NCBI GenBank assembly: GCA_040752695.1 | Contig: JBFMGO010000014.1 | Span: 1 to 64,000, forward strand | Direction: 5' to 3' | Length of the DNA: 64,000 nt | Origin: a bacterium | Lineage (GTDB): Bacteria; SZUA-182; DTGQ01 | Shown: positions 26,941 to 36,442 of the stretch, one piece after another | How positions within the stretch are numbered: position 1 is the stretch's first letter | How the letters are laid out: each line of letters starts with the position of its first letter | Notes under the pieces: generated by a model | Seen by the model: the letters and a program-made list of their open reading frames with translations, nothing else | Databases searched by the model: none | Told to the model about the DNA's origin: nothing | Made by a program: the position numbers and the translations under genes

Positions 26941-29154
26941 ATGCAGATAAGATATTCCAGTTGCTATTTTTGTACAAGTAAAGGCTGTGCCATGAAGGTC
27001 TATGTCGAGGGTGACCGGATAAAGAGAGTAGCTGTCGATACCAAGGCCCCGGTTACACCCAAGGCATTTTGTGTACGGCCGACCCTGGCCAAAGAGTATC
27101 AGGAGCATCCTTTCCGGTTGCACTATCCCTTGAAGCGCAGGGCAGAGCGCGGCGCAGATCAGTGGGAGCAGATATCATGGGACCAGGCCCTCGACGAGAT
27201 AGCGGAAAAACTGCAAAATCTTCGCAATCGCCATGGCGCTGAAACTCTGGCCACCAGTTCGGGCACGGGCCGTGGTGCGTGGGATTTTGCCAAAGGCCGT
27301 TTTATGAACCTGTTCGGCAGCCCTAACCGCTTCGGTGCGGTCACGATCTGCTATGGCCCCCGCAGCATGGTCTGGTTCACTACGTTTGGCGGGTCGGTCG
27401 TGTCAGATCAAAAGCCTGGCAAGACGCGGATGATGGTGCTCTGGGGCCGCAATCCCCACGAGGGTGGGCCATCGTCGTGGCACAGCTTTAAAAAGGCAGG
27501 TCAGGCAGGCGCGTTGACCATGGTCGTCGATCCCCGGTGCACCGAAGCGAGCCGCACGGCAGACTGCTGGGTGCAGCTTAAGCCGGGCACGGATGCGGCC
27601 CTTGCCCTTGGCCTTATGCATATCATCATTGAAGAGGGGCTCTACGACCGGGAGTTTGTCGAAAACCATACCTTCGGATTCCCTCAGCTCAAAGAAAGGA
27701 TTAAGGAATATCCGCCGGAAAAGGCAGCCCGGATCACGGGTCTTTCCGAATACAAGATACGCGAGACAGCCAGGTTTTTTGCGGCGAATCAGCCATCGAC
27801 CATGGTCATCGGCGTGGCGGCAGAGCACAGCTCTCCAAACAGCATCCAGGCGATTCGCGCCATCAATATTCTTTTCGCTCTATGCGGCAGTATTGACAAA
27901 GCAGGCGGCAGCCTGATCGCAGGCCCGTGCTCAGGATTCATACCGGATGCTGCCATGGAGCTGAATCATATGCTGACTCCTGAACAGCGAAAGAAACAGA
28001 TCGGCAGCGACCGCTTCCGTTACCTGAGTTATCCCGGATGGGAACTGGTCGAAGAGCAACTTCGCAAAAAATGGGGCGACCGCCATCCCGCCGCTGTCTA
28101 TCTGAACTGCCTGGCCCATGCACCCAGCGTCTTCCGGGCTATGCTGACCGAAAAGCCCTATCCGGTAAAAGCCCTGATTGTCTCCGCCAGTAACCCCCTT
28201 CTCTCCTATGCCAATACCAGGCTCGTCTATCAGGCGCTCAAGGCCACAGAGCTTCTTTTGACCTTTGACATTACCTGGACGCCTACGGCTCGTATCTCAG
28301 ACTACGTGCTGCCTGCCGCCTGCTGGATGGAGCGGCCCGACATGGGCAACTTCGCTTCAGTGGGTGCATATCCCCTGGTTCAGATCGGCGAGGCAGCCCT
28401 CCCAAGCCGTGTTCCGGGCAAGTACGAGCGGTTGAACGACTATGAATTCTGGCGGGAACTTGGCCTTCGACTGGGACAGAGCGAGTACTGGCCATGGAAA
28501 ACTTTCGAGGAGGTATGGGAATACAGGCTGCGTGAAATAATGGATAGACGAGGTGTCGAGACGCTCCCGGAATTTATTCGTCAGCAGCGCTGGGAGATCG
28601 ATCCCCCAAAAGCCGGCCTGTGCAGTCAGGGGCCGCTGGCGACTCCATCAGGTAAAGTGGAACTTTATTCTACCATTTTCGAGAAGCTGGGTTACGATCC
28701 GCTGCCCGGTTATCTGGAGCCGGTCGAGCCTGAGGATATTGTGCGCAAATATCCTCTTTTGAATATCAGCGGCTGTCGCGTCATGCCGTATCACCACAGC
28801 GAGTTTCGCCACGTCAAGGGCTTTCGCCAGCGCCAGCCTGACCCAATCGTCGAAATCCACGTGGACCTTGCCCGGCGCAAAGGCATTGCTGACGGTGACT
28901 GGGTTTGGATCGAATCACCGATCGGACGGGTAAAGCAGCGTGCACGTCTGACGACTTCATTCGCCCCTGAGTATATCGTTACTCAGCACTCCTGGTGGTT
29001 TCCGGAAATGGCCGGTGAAGAACCATTCGTGCACGGGCTCTGGGAGTCGAACATCAATGTCATCACGGACGATGACCCTGCCAAGTGCGACCCCATCTCC
29101 GGTGGCTGGCCATTCAAGGGCCAGTACCTCCGCTGCCGCATCGAGAAGGTATGA
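26941..29154 (+). CDS. Cytoplasmic Mo/W-bis-PGD enzyme, acetylene hydratase-like (DMSO reductase family)
   Basis: N-terminal CX2CX4C...C, ISWDQALDEIAEKL, RFMNLFGSPN, ICYG metal-ligand Cys, TPSGKVELYS and a molybdopterin-dinucleotide C-domain; no Tat signal. Confidence 0.85.
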   Translation: MQIRYSSCYFCTSKGCAMKVYVEGDRIKRVAVDTKAPVTPKAFCVRPTLAKEYQEHPFRLHYPLKRRAERGADQWEQISWDQALDEIAEKLQNLRNRHGAETLATSSGTGRGAWDFAKGRFMNLFGSPNRFGAVTICYGPRSMVWFTTFGGSVVSDQKPGKTRMMVLWGRNPHEGGPSSWHSFKKAGQAGALTMVVDPRCTEASRTADCWVQLKPGTDAALALGLMHIIIEEGLYDREFVENHTFGFPQLKERIKEYPPEKAARITGLSEYKIRETARFFAANQPSTMVIGVAAEHSSPNSIQAIRAINILFALCGSIDKAGGSLIAGPCSGFIPDAAMELNHMLTPEQRKKQIGSDRFRYLSYPGWELVEEQLRKKWGDRHPAAVYLNCLAHAPSVFRAMLTEKPYPVKALIVSASNPLLSYANTRLVYQALKATELLLTFDITWTPTARISDYVLPAACWMERPDMGNFASVGAYPLVQIGEAALPSRVPGKYERLNDYEFWRELGLRLGQSEYWPWKTFEEVWEYRLREIMDRRGVETLPEFIRQQRWEIDPPKAGLCSQGPLATPSGKVELYSTIFEKLGYDPLPGYLEPVEPEDIVRKYPLLNISGCRVMPYHHSEFRHVKGFRQRQPDPIVEIHVDLARRKGIADGDWVWIESPIGRVKQRARLTTSFAPEYIVTQHSWWFPEMAGEEPFVHGLWESNINVITDDDPAKCDPISGGWPFKGQYLRCRIEKV
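28812..29152 (+). repeat. 341-bp direct repeat, copy 1
   Basis: Identical by eye to 30118-30458 (offset 1306). Confidence 0.95.
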
Positions 29155-29250
29155 GGTGCTGCCTATTCTCTCTGAATAGAGCAGGGGCTCCGGCAGTGAT
29201 CAATGATCCGGTCTGCTTTTTTGAATTTCACAAATGAGAGGAAGATATTT

Positions 29251-29673
29251 CTAGAAGGGGACAATTACCTTAATGCCTGGGATCTTCTCAAAATCTTTCC
29301 TGTTTTCTGTAATAATTTCGCTCAGACCATTTTCCTTCATACAGGCCACAATCAGTGCATCCCATAAATGAATTCCATATTCGGCAACGTAGTCCAGAGC
29401 ACTCAAAAAGGTATCAACATCTCTATCGATAATCCTCCAGCTTTCTGATTTTAAAAAATCTTCCACGATAGATTTTGCCACTGATATATCGACAGGGTTT
29501 TCGACTTTTCTGGTGATAACAGCGAAGAACTCCATAAGGTTTTGCAGGCAGACAGCACCTCCGCCCTCCTTCCAGTTTTGCTTGAGAATATCTCTTGAAA
29601 CCTCATGCCTCTTTCCTTCAGAAGTATCGTAAGCATACACGAGGATGTTTGTGTCGATAAGCTTATCTGGCAT
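29251..29673 (-). CDS. PIN-domain (VapC-like) toxin
   Basis: LIDTNILVY, E, WDALI and TEN.KDF acidic active-site pattern. Confidence 0.88.
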   Translation of the reverse strand: MPDKLIDTNILVYAYDTSEGKRHEVSRDILKQNWKEGGGAVCLQNLMEFFAVITRKVENPVDISVAKSIVEDFLKSESWRIIDRDVDTFLSALDYVAEYGIHLWDALIVACMKENGLSEIITENRKDFEKIPGIKVIVPF

Positions 29674-29878
29674 ATAAGTCTTCGCGTCTTGAGTAGAGTT
29701 TTTTACCTAAAGAAAAACCTTCATCCAGAAGTTTTAATTGTCTTTCTTTTATTTCATCTTGCTCCTTTTTATTCATAACCTTTAGAGTAACGACCGCTTG
29801 TGTCCCGGCAGGAAAACCTGTTTCTTTATCGAGACGGACGATATTGCCTTCAATCACTCCTTTATAAACCTTTTTCAA
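29663..29878 (-). CDS. Antitoxin (AF2212/DUF104-like) paired with the PIN toxin
   Basis: TTG start after GGAGGTGA; YKGVIEGNIVRL beta motif; SRREDLY end overlaps the toxin start. Confidence 0.65.
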   Translation of the reverse strand: MKKVYKGVIEGNIVRLDKETGFPAGTQAVVTLKVMNKKEQDEIKERQLKLLDEGFSLGKKLYSRREDLYAR

Positions 29879-30117
29879 AGACTTCACCTCCTCTACAGGC
29901 AAGAAGATCACCGCTTCAAAATTTACCATATTGGATTATCCTATTTATAGAATATACTATTTCCTCTGGGAGCTGTAAAGGAATTTCATGCTGGCCAATC
30001 GCAGGTAAATCACACAAGGCCAATTGGTAAAAGTATAGATCTGGCTGCCCTGCAACTTCACGGTTTTTCCTCTTGCTTTTTCTTTTCCATCGGGTCATCT
30101 GAAGCGAGTTTCGCAAT

Positions 30118-30463
30118 CGTCAAGGGCTTTCGCCAGCGCCAGCCTGACCCAATCGTCGAAATCCACGTGGACCTTGCCCGGCGCAAAGGCATTGCTGACG
30201 GTGACTGGGTTTGGATCGAATCACCGATCGGACGGGTAAAGCAGCGTGCACGTCTGACGACTTCATTCGCCCCTGAGTATATCGTTACTCAGCACTCCTG
30301 GTGGTTTCCGGAAATGGCCGGTGAAGAACCATTCGTGCACGGGCTCTGGGAGTCGAACATCAATGTCATCACGGACGATGACCCTGCCAAGTGCGACCCC
30401 ATCTCCGGTGGCTGGCCATTCAAGGGCCAGTACCTCCGCTGCCGCATCGAGAAGGTATACTGA
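30118..30463 (+). pseudogene. Duplicated 3' end of the Mo/W enzyme gene (direct repeat copy 2)
   Basis: Exact copy of 28812-29152, ending KVY-stop; no 5' part of the gene. Confidence 0.9.
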
Positions 30464-30510
30464 ATAAAACACGTAAGTCTCATTTCCGAGAAAGTTCTCC
30501 TTCGAAAAGA

Positions 30511-30560
30511 TTGACTTCAGCCGATTAGACAGCTATGATATTAATAGCTCATATGGGCTA
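30511..30560 (+). promoter_or_regulatory. sigma70 promoter and palindromic operator of the dinJ-yafQ-like module
   Basis: TTGACT-N17-TATGAT followed by the tagctcatatgggcta palindrome. Confidence 0.6.
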
Positions 30561-30603
30561 CTATTATCATAGCTATTCTATAAGAGATAGGAGAATTGGG
30601 CCA

Positions 30604-30864
30604 ATGAGTAAAACATCAACAGTGAGAGCCAGAATTGAGCCTGGCTTAAAAAAAGAAGTGGAAGATCTTTTTCATAAATTGGGATTATCGACCACAGAAG
30701 CAATTAATATTTTTTACTGCCAGGTAAAAATGAGGCAGGGATTACCATTCCCTGTTGCCCTTCCTAATGAGGAAACAAAAAGAATATTTGAAGATACTGA
30801 TAAAGATCAAAACGTTATTCATTGTTCAGATGTAGATGAATTGTTTAAGAAGCTCAAAATATAA
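30604..30864 (+). CDS. RelB/DinJ family antitoxin
   Basis: SKTSTVRARIE..LK...LGLSTTEAI.IF...GLPF...PNEET. Confidence 0.9.
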   Translation: MSKTSTVRARIEPGLKKEVEDLFHKLGLSTTEAINIFYCQVKMRQGLPFPVALPNEETKRIFEDTDKDQNVIHCSDVDELFKKLKI

Positions 30865-31133
30865 TGTTGAAACCCGGCTATACCAAACAGTTTCAAAAAG
30901 ATTTGAAAAGGATGGAAGGGCAGGGAAAGAATATCGAAAAGTTAAAATCTATTATTATCCAACTTGTTAATCAAAAACCGCTCAATGAAGGACACAGAGA
31001 TCATAAGCTTATTGGTAATTATAGAGATAGACGCGAATGCCATATCGAATCTGATTGGCTGCTTATTTATAAGACAACAGAGGAAGAGATTATTTTTGAA
31101 AGGACCGGATCACATTCTGATCTTTTCAAGTAA
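30864..31133 (+). CDS. yafQ: YafQ family mRNA interferase toxin
   Basis: F.KDLK, DHKLIG, RECHI.SDWLLIY and RTGSHSDLF. Confidence 0.92.
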   Translation: MLKPGYTKQFQKDLKRMEGQGKNIEKLKSIIIQLVNQKPLNEGHRDHKLIGNYRDRRECHIESDWLLIYKTTEEEIIFERTGSHSDLFK

Positions 31134-31173
31134 TTTTGACGGTGTTCCTTTCCAGTAATACTGTAGAGTAAAG

Positions 31174-32568
31174 ATGCTTATGAGCGAGATGCTTATGAAT
31201 GACAGCCTTGACAGCCTGCCCATAGGATGGAGTCTGGAATCATCGGGAGAAGGGCTCGGCAGAGTGCTTCGCTACCGTTGGGTCATCTTCTCCATTCTGG
31301 CTTTCAGTTATATCCTTGTTTACTTTCACCGGCTGTGCCCGGCTGTGGTTGCCGGAGACATGATGCGGGACCTTCACGCCACCGGCGTTTTGCTGGGACT
31401 GCTTGGCTCTGCCTACTATTACCCTTACGCCCTGATGCAGCTTCCCGCCGGGCTTCTTGCAGATTCATGGGGACCGCGCAAGACCATTACCACCTTCTTT
31501 GCGGTCGCCTGTGCGGGTTCGCTTATCCTGGGCTGGGCGCCGTCGCTTTCCTGGGCGATTTTCGGACGGACCCTGGTCGGGATCGGGGTATCGATGCTGT
31601 TTGTCCCTACCATGAAGATTCTGGCCGAGTGGTTCGACAGGCAGGAATTCGCCAGCATGGCTGGAATCCTGATCGCCATGGGGGGCGTCGGATCAATTAC
31701 CGCTACTTCGCCGCTGGCCTACATGAGCAGGGCAGTAGGATGGCGACTGTCGTTCACCATTGTGGGTATCATCACCCTGATCCTGGGCATTTTACTCTGG
31801 CTCATGGTGAGGGACAGGCCCCAGGACATGGGCTGGCCATCCCCCCTGGAGAACGGCGCTGATGATGAGCGGCCAGCCGGCATCGGGCTGTTCGAGGGAG
31901 TAAAAAACGTGCTTTCGTATGGCCCTTTCTGGCCTCTGGCTATCTGGTTCTTTTTCGGCTGCGCCGTATTTTTCTCCTTTATCGGCTTATGGGGAGGCCC
32001 TTACCTTATGCAGGTCTATGGCCTGAGCAAGCCCCAGGCAGGCAATATCCTGATGATGTCGGCCTTCGGGATGGTGGTCGGGAGCCCTATTTTGAGCTTT
32101 CTCTCAAACCGGGTGTGCAAAGGCAGAAAGCCGCTTTTGATGATCTCAAGTTTCATGACGGTCCTCATCACCGCTGCCTTGACTTTTCTCACTGACAGGC
32201 TGCCCATTCCCGGCCTTTACCTGCTCTGCTTTTTCACGGGTGTGTTCGTCAATGCCATCGTGGTGATCGGCTTCACAGCGACTAAAGAGCTTTTTCCCGT
32301 CAGCATTGCCGGGACATCCACAGGACTGGCCAATTTTTTCCCCTTCCTGGGAGGTGCCCTTCTTCAGCCCTTCATGGGATATCTGCTCGAGCGGTATGGA
32401 AAGGCCGGTGAATCCTTCACCGCAGCCGGTTACAGCCGTGCCTTCATGGCCATGTTCGTCTGTGCAATAATCACCTTTGCGGCCAGCATCTTCATCAAAG
32501 AAACCCTCATCAGGGAACCTCTCATCTCAGGGAACCTCAAAGAGGGCTTGAGAAGGAAGGGTGAGTAA
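31174..32568 (+). CDS. MFS transporter
   Basis: About 12 TM helices; motif A GLLADSWGPRK; start uncertain. Confidence 0.9.
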   Translation: MLMSEMLMNDSLDSLPIGWSLESSGEGLGRVLRYRWVIFSILAFSYILVYFHRLCPAVVAGDMMRDLHATGVLLGLLGSAYYYPYALMQLPAGLLADSWGPRKTITTFFAVACAGSLILGWAPSLSWAIFGRTLVGIGVSMLFVPTMKILAEWFDRQEFASMAGILIAMGGVGSITATSPLAYMSRAVGWRLSFTIVGIITLILGILLWLMVRDRPQDMGWPSPLENGADDERPAGIGLFEGVKNVLSYGPFWPLAIWFFFGCAVFFSFIGLWGGPYLMQVYGLSKPQAGNILMMSAFGMVVGSPILSFLSNRVCKGRKPLLMISSFMTVLITAALTFLTDRLPIPGLYLLCFFTGVFVNAIVVIGFTATKELFPVSIAGTSTGLANFFPFLGGALLQPFMGYLLERYGKAGESFTAAGYSRAFMAMFVCAIITFAASIFIKETLIREPLISGNLKEGLRRKGE

Positions 32569-32832
32569 TTTACCCTCCCTACATACCTCCAGGGGGTAAT
32601 TGCCGGTTTTTTCTCTTGCTTTTTCTTTTTCATTTTGAGAACATAATTAACTTAACTGCGACAGATTCCTGCCATCCGCGTAAAGGAGGTCAGATTCCAG
32701 GAGCCAGAACGCGCAGAGCAGGAGCCAGAGCCCGGAGTGAGAGAGGGGGGGGAGGAGAGCCGCTCCCTTTCATGCGAATATTTTGGTATTCCCTTGAGAG
32801 TTTCCTGGAAACTCGCCGGAGATAATCGGTAC

Positions 32833-33972
32833 ATGTTTTTGCTTTTCCTTTTCGGGGGATTTTCCACAGGATTTTGCCTGATCATATATGGAATATATAT
32901 CCTGGCCTTTATCAAAGGGAGAAAGTATCTTCCCATCGACGAACTAAAGGAGTATGTGCCTGTTTCCGTGCTTATTCCGGCAAGGAATGAAGAAAAGGTC
33001 ATGGAGAGGAAGATCAAGAACCTGGCTGAAATCGATTATCCCCGCGAACTGCTTCAGGTCGTTGTCGTTGATGATGCATCGACTGATCAAACCAGGGAGG
33101 TCGCTCAGGCAGCCCTTTCCCGATATCGTATTTCCGGCATGGTTATTTCAAACGACACCAGAAAAGGTACAAATTACAATTATAATCATGGGATGAAGTA
33201 CGTATTCCATGATGTTGTCGTAACCACCGATGCCGATGTGACCTTGGAAGGTCAGGCGCTGAAGAGAATGGTGGCTGTTTTACAGAATGACGATAAAATC
33301 GGGGCCGCCTGTGGGGAATTGGTGCCGCTCATTGACGGTCAGTATATTTCGACAGGGGTCGAGAAGCCCTACCGCGATGTTTTTGGAAAAATGTGCTCCT
33401 GGGAAAGCGCACTGCACAGCACCTACTGCTTTAACGGCCCGCTGATCGCCCTGAAAAAGCAGGCTTACAGCCCAATGAATCCGCACAAGGGAGCAAGTGA
33501 TACCAATATGGCGCTGTCCGTTATACGCAATGGCTATCAGGCCAAGTACATTTCCTCGGCAAAATTCTACGAATGGGTTCCAACCAAGCTGGCTCAGCAG
33601 AAAAAACAGAAGATTCGCCGGGCATCCCGGCTTCTGGAATCCACCTGGGCGGCCAGGGGGATGCTGTTCGATAAGAAATACGGAAAGTTCGGTATGGTGG
33701 TACTGCCTCTTCGGATGGCCATGCTCTTTTTGGTACCTGCCCTGTGCCTGGTTTCCCTGGTCTTTTTTGGCATGCTCTCTTTGCGGTTCCTCGGTATTCT
33801 GGGTTTGTTTCTCTATCTCCTTATTTTATTGGGAGTTATCGTGCTGGGAGCTTACCGTACCAACTTCCTGACATCTTTCATCTGGCATCAATACTATTTG
33901 CTCGCCGGTTTTGTTAACATGATCAAACCCATGCACATCTGGGAGTCTGTGGATAGAACGGCTTTACATTAA
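32833..33972 (+). CDS. GT2 glycosyltransferase (CESA-like) with TM segments
   Basis: IPARNEE, VDDASTD, TDAD, SD and QKIRR (QxxRW-like). Confidence 0.85.
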   Translation: MFLLFLFGGFSTGFCLIIYGIYILAFIKGRKYLPIDELKEYVPVSVLIPARNEEKVMERKIKNLAEIDYPRELLQVVVVDDASTDQTREVAQAALSRYRISGMVISNDTRKGTNYNYNHGMKYVFHDVVVTTDADVTLEGQALKRMVAVLQNDDKIGAACGELVPLIDGQYISTGVEKPYRDVFGKMCSWESALHSTYCFNGPLIALKKQAYSPMNPHKGASDTNMALSVIRNGYQAKYISSAKFYEWVPTKLAQQKKQKIRRASRLLESTWAARGMLFDKKYGKFGMVVLPLRMAMLFLVPALCLVSLVFFGMLSLRFLGILGLFLYLLILLGVIVLGAYRTNFLTSFIWHQYYLLAGFVNMIKPMHIWESVDRTALH

Positions 33973-34032
33973 TACGCTTTCTTGACGTAATATATCGGCA
34001 TGACCATGAAGATATGAAGCGATTATGAAGAT

Positions 34033-35316
34033 ATGAAGCAGCAGGCGCAAAAGATTTTGATTATCTCTCTATCGGGTATCGGAGACCTTATTTTATTCAC
34101 TCCAGCCATTCCCTTGCTGCGAAAGAGGTTTCCTGAGGCAGAGATTTCCCTTCTCGTGAAAAAAAAGGAAGCGGCAAAAGTGCTCAAAGGGAATCCTTAT
34201 ATTGATAAAATCATTGTCTTTGATCCGCAAAAAGCATCGATAAAAGAGAACATCCTGTTTTATTTCAGTATGCGAAAAAGAAAGTATGACATCAGCCTTT
34301 CCACCTTTCCGGCCATGACTTTTCTCAATAATCTCTCCACCTTCGCCATCGGCGCCAGGAAGCGCTGGGTCTATAAAACAGACCACCCCCTGCTCTCTTT
34401 CGATTTTTTACAAAACAGGCGTATCCCTTACCAGCACGGTAAACACCGGATTGATTATAATCTGGCTCTGGTCAAGGCCCTTGCCCGTGAGCAGGAATCG
34501 GGCAGTGAGAAAAAACCGGGCACTGAAGATCCGATTGAACTTGAAACAAACCCTTTGGATCAGGTGTATATTTACGGGAGAGGTCACGCTGGCTGCGGAA
34601 GTTCCGGCGACGGCAATAACGGCAATAATGGTAATAACGGTATTCATGGGAATAAAAGAAACAGCAGAAAATATGGAAGCAATGGAAACGGCAGGGGTAA
34701 TGGAAGTGATGGAAGGGATGAAAGATACGGAAATTACCAAAAGGGCCAATCCGGGCAAATCCTGCTGCGGCTTGGCGCAGACCCCCTGGAGTTGTTCATT
34801 GGGATTCATGCCGGTTCAGGAGACAACCAGCCATTTAAGAGGTGGGGTGAAGAAAAATTCGCCCTGCTGGCTGATAAGATTCAAAAAGAGTTCCCCTTTC
34901 GCGTCATTCTGCTTGGGGGACCGGAAGAGGAAGAGCTGTCGAGAAGAGTTGCCAGGCATATGGCAACCACTCCTCCCGTAATTGCTGCAGGAAGAACCTG
35001 CATCGAAGAGACCCTGGCCCTTATCAGTCGGTGTGAACTTTTGATCAGCAATGATTCAGGGGTCATGAACATGGCTTTTGCCCTGCGCAAAAAGATCCTG
35101 GCCATCTTTGGCCCCACCGATGATACCTGTACCAGGCCTCTGGGCAAAAACGATGTCGTTATTTTAAAGGAATTCCCCTGCAAACCGGCATGCAGAAAGA
35201 GATATCTCTACAGCAAGGAGTGCAATTTCGGCTACCGATGTCTCAAGGAGCTTTCGGTGGATGAAGTGTGGAACGTTGCGCGGGGTGTATTGGAATCCAT
35301 GGTGAGACAGGAATAG
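34033..35316 (+). CDS. GT9 (heptosyltransferase-like) glycosyltransferase with a Gly/Asn-rich insert
   Basis: GIGDL, IHAGS...KRW, SNDSG and AIFGPT. Confidence 0.88.
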   Translation: MKQQAQKILIISLSGIGDLILFTPAIPLLRKRFPEAEISLLVKKKEAAKVLKGNPYIDKIIVFDPQKASIKENILFYFSMRKRKYDISLSTFPAMTFLNNLSTFAIGARKRWVYKTDHPLLSFDFLQNRRIPYQHGKHRIDYNLALVKALAREQESGSEKKPGTEDPIELETNPLDQVYIYGRGHAGCGSSGDGNNGNNGNNGIHGNKRNSRKYGSNGNGRGNGSDGRDERYGNYQKGQSGQILLRLGADPLELFIGIHAGSGDNQPFKRWGEEKFALLADKIQKEFPFRVILLGGPEEEELSRRVARHMATTPPVIAAGRTCIEETLALISRCELLISNDSGVMNMAFALRKKILAIFGPTDDTCTRPLGKNDVVILKEFPCKPACRKRYLYSKECNFGYRCLKELSVDEVWNVARGVLESMVRQE

Positions 35317-35343
35317 AAATTTTGAAGCCTGGGTGTACGATGA

Positions 35344-35496
35344 GAAGAAGATGGAGAAATGTGCCCATATGCTTTCTTTGATAGGTCTTTTCAAGGAGGA
35401 AATGTGATGGAAATGAAATATTTCCCCGACACTGATACCTTGTTGATAGATTTTACAGATGAATCACCTTCAGACGGAACATCCTTCAATGGATGA
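35344..35496 (+). pseudogene. Relic of a DUF2283-type module (partner C-terminus plus truncated DUF2283 start)
   Basis: Reads EDGEMCPYAFFDRSF then MEMKYFPDTDTLLIDF and stops after 29 codons. Confidence 0.5.
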
Positions 35497-36421
35497 TTTC
35501 AAGACAGGTCGCCTTCGAATTGCAGTGACGATTCCCTGCTATAATGAAGATGCCTCCATCGGCAAAGTAATCAAGGATTTTCAAAAGGCATTGCCTGAAG
35601 CCCGGATTATTGTCTTTGATAATGATTCCACCGATAATACTGCTCAGATCGCCCAGGGCAGCGGGGCCTGTGTGATCCGGGAGGGAAGAAGGGGAAAGGG
35701 AAACGTGATCCGGTCTATCTTTGAGAAGATAGATGCTGATTTCTACGTCCTGGTCGATGGCGATGACACCTATCCGGCTGAAGAGGTGGGAAAACTGTTG
35801 ACCCTGGTCCAAAATGATCAGGCGGATATGGCTATCGGCACGCGACTGGATAACTTTACCAAGGAATCGAGAGAACTTCTCCATAGTATCGGCAACCGGG
35901 TATTGTTAAAGATTCTGAACCTGTGTTTTCATACAAACCTGTCAGATATCCTGTCCGGTTACCGGGTATTCAACCGGGAGTTTGTGAAAACCGTCCCCCT
36001 TTTTTCAACAGGATTTGAGATTGAAACCGAGTTAACCATTCAGGCACTGATGCGTGAATTCCGTATCCGGGAGGTTCCGATAACGTACCGGTCCAGACCT
36101 CAAGGGGGGAAATCCAAAATCAAGCCCTTCAGGGACGGGTACCGGATTCTCATGACTATTCTTATGTTTACCAGAGATTTGCGGCCTATGATTTTCTTCC
36201 CCGCTCTCAGCCTGTTCTTTATTCTGGGGGCATTTATCCCGGGGTTTCGGGTCATCCGTGAATATCTCCAGACCGGTCTCATCCGCTACCTGCCTTCTGC
36301 CATACTGGCTACAGGCATGGTAATCCTTGGGATTCTTTTTTTCATTGCAGGTTTTATCGTTCATACCCTGAACCGCAGGTTTAATGAAATCAACCTTGTC
36401 TTAAAAAGGATGCAAAAATAA
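35489..36421 (+). CDS. GT2 polyprenol-phosphate glycosyltransferase (DPM1/GtrB-like)
   Basis: IPCYNE, DNDSTD, GKG, VDGDDTY, DILSGYR, FEIETE and two C-terminal TMs. Confidence 0.88.
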   Translation: MDDFKTGRLRIAVTIPCYNEDASIGKVIKDFQKALPEARIIVFDNDSTDNTAQIAQGSGACVIREGRRGKGNVIRSIFEKIDADFYVLVDGDDTYPAEEVGKLLTLVQNDQADMAIGTRLDNFTKESRELLHSIGNRVLLKILNLCFHTNLSDILSGYRVFNREFVKTVPLFSTGFEIETELTIQALMREFRIREVPITYRSRPQGGKSKIKPFRDGYRILMTILMFTRDLRPMIFFPALSLFFILGAFIPGFRVIREYLQTGLIRYLPSAILATGMVILGILFFIAGFIVHTLNRRFNEINLVLKRMQK

Positions 36422-36442
36422 AAGAGGATGCAAAAATAAAAA

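Noticed and set aside
29916..30116. 66-aa ORF beside the duplication
   Set aside because: No RBS or family motif; more likely the promoter region of the PIN module.
28812..30458. Diversity-generating retroelement TR/VR pair
   Set aside because: The copies are identical with no adenine-specific mismatches, and no reverse transcriptase is present.
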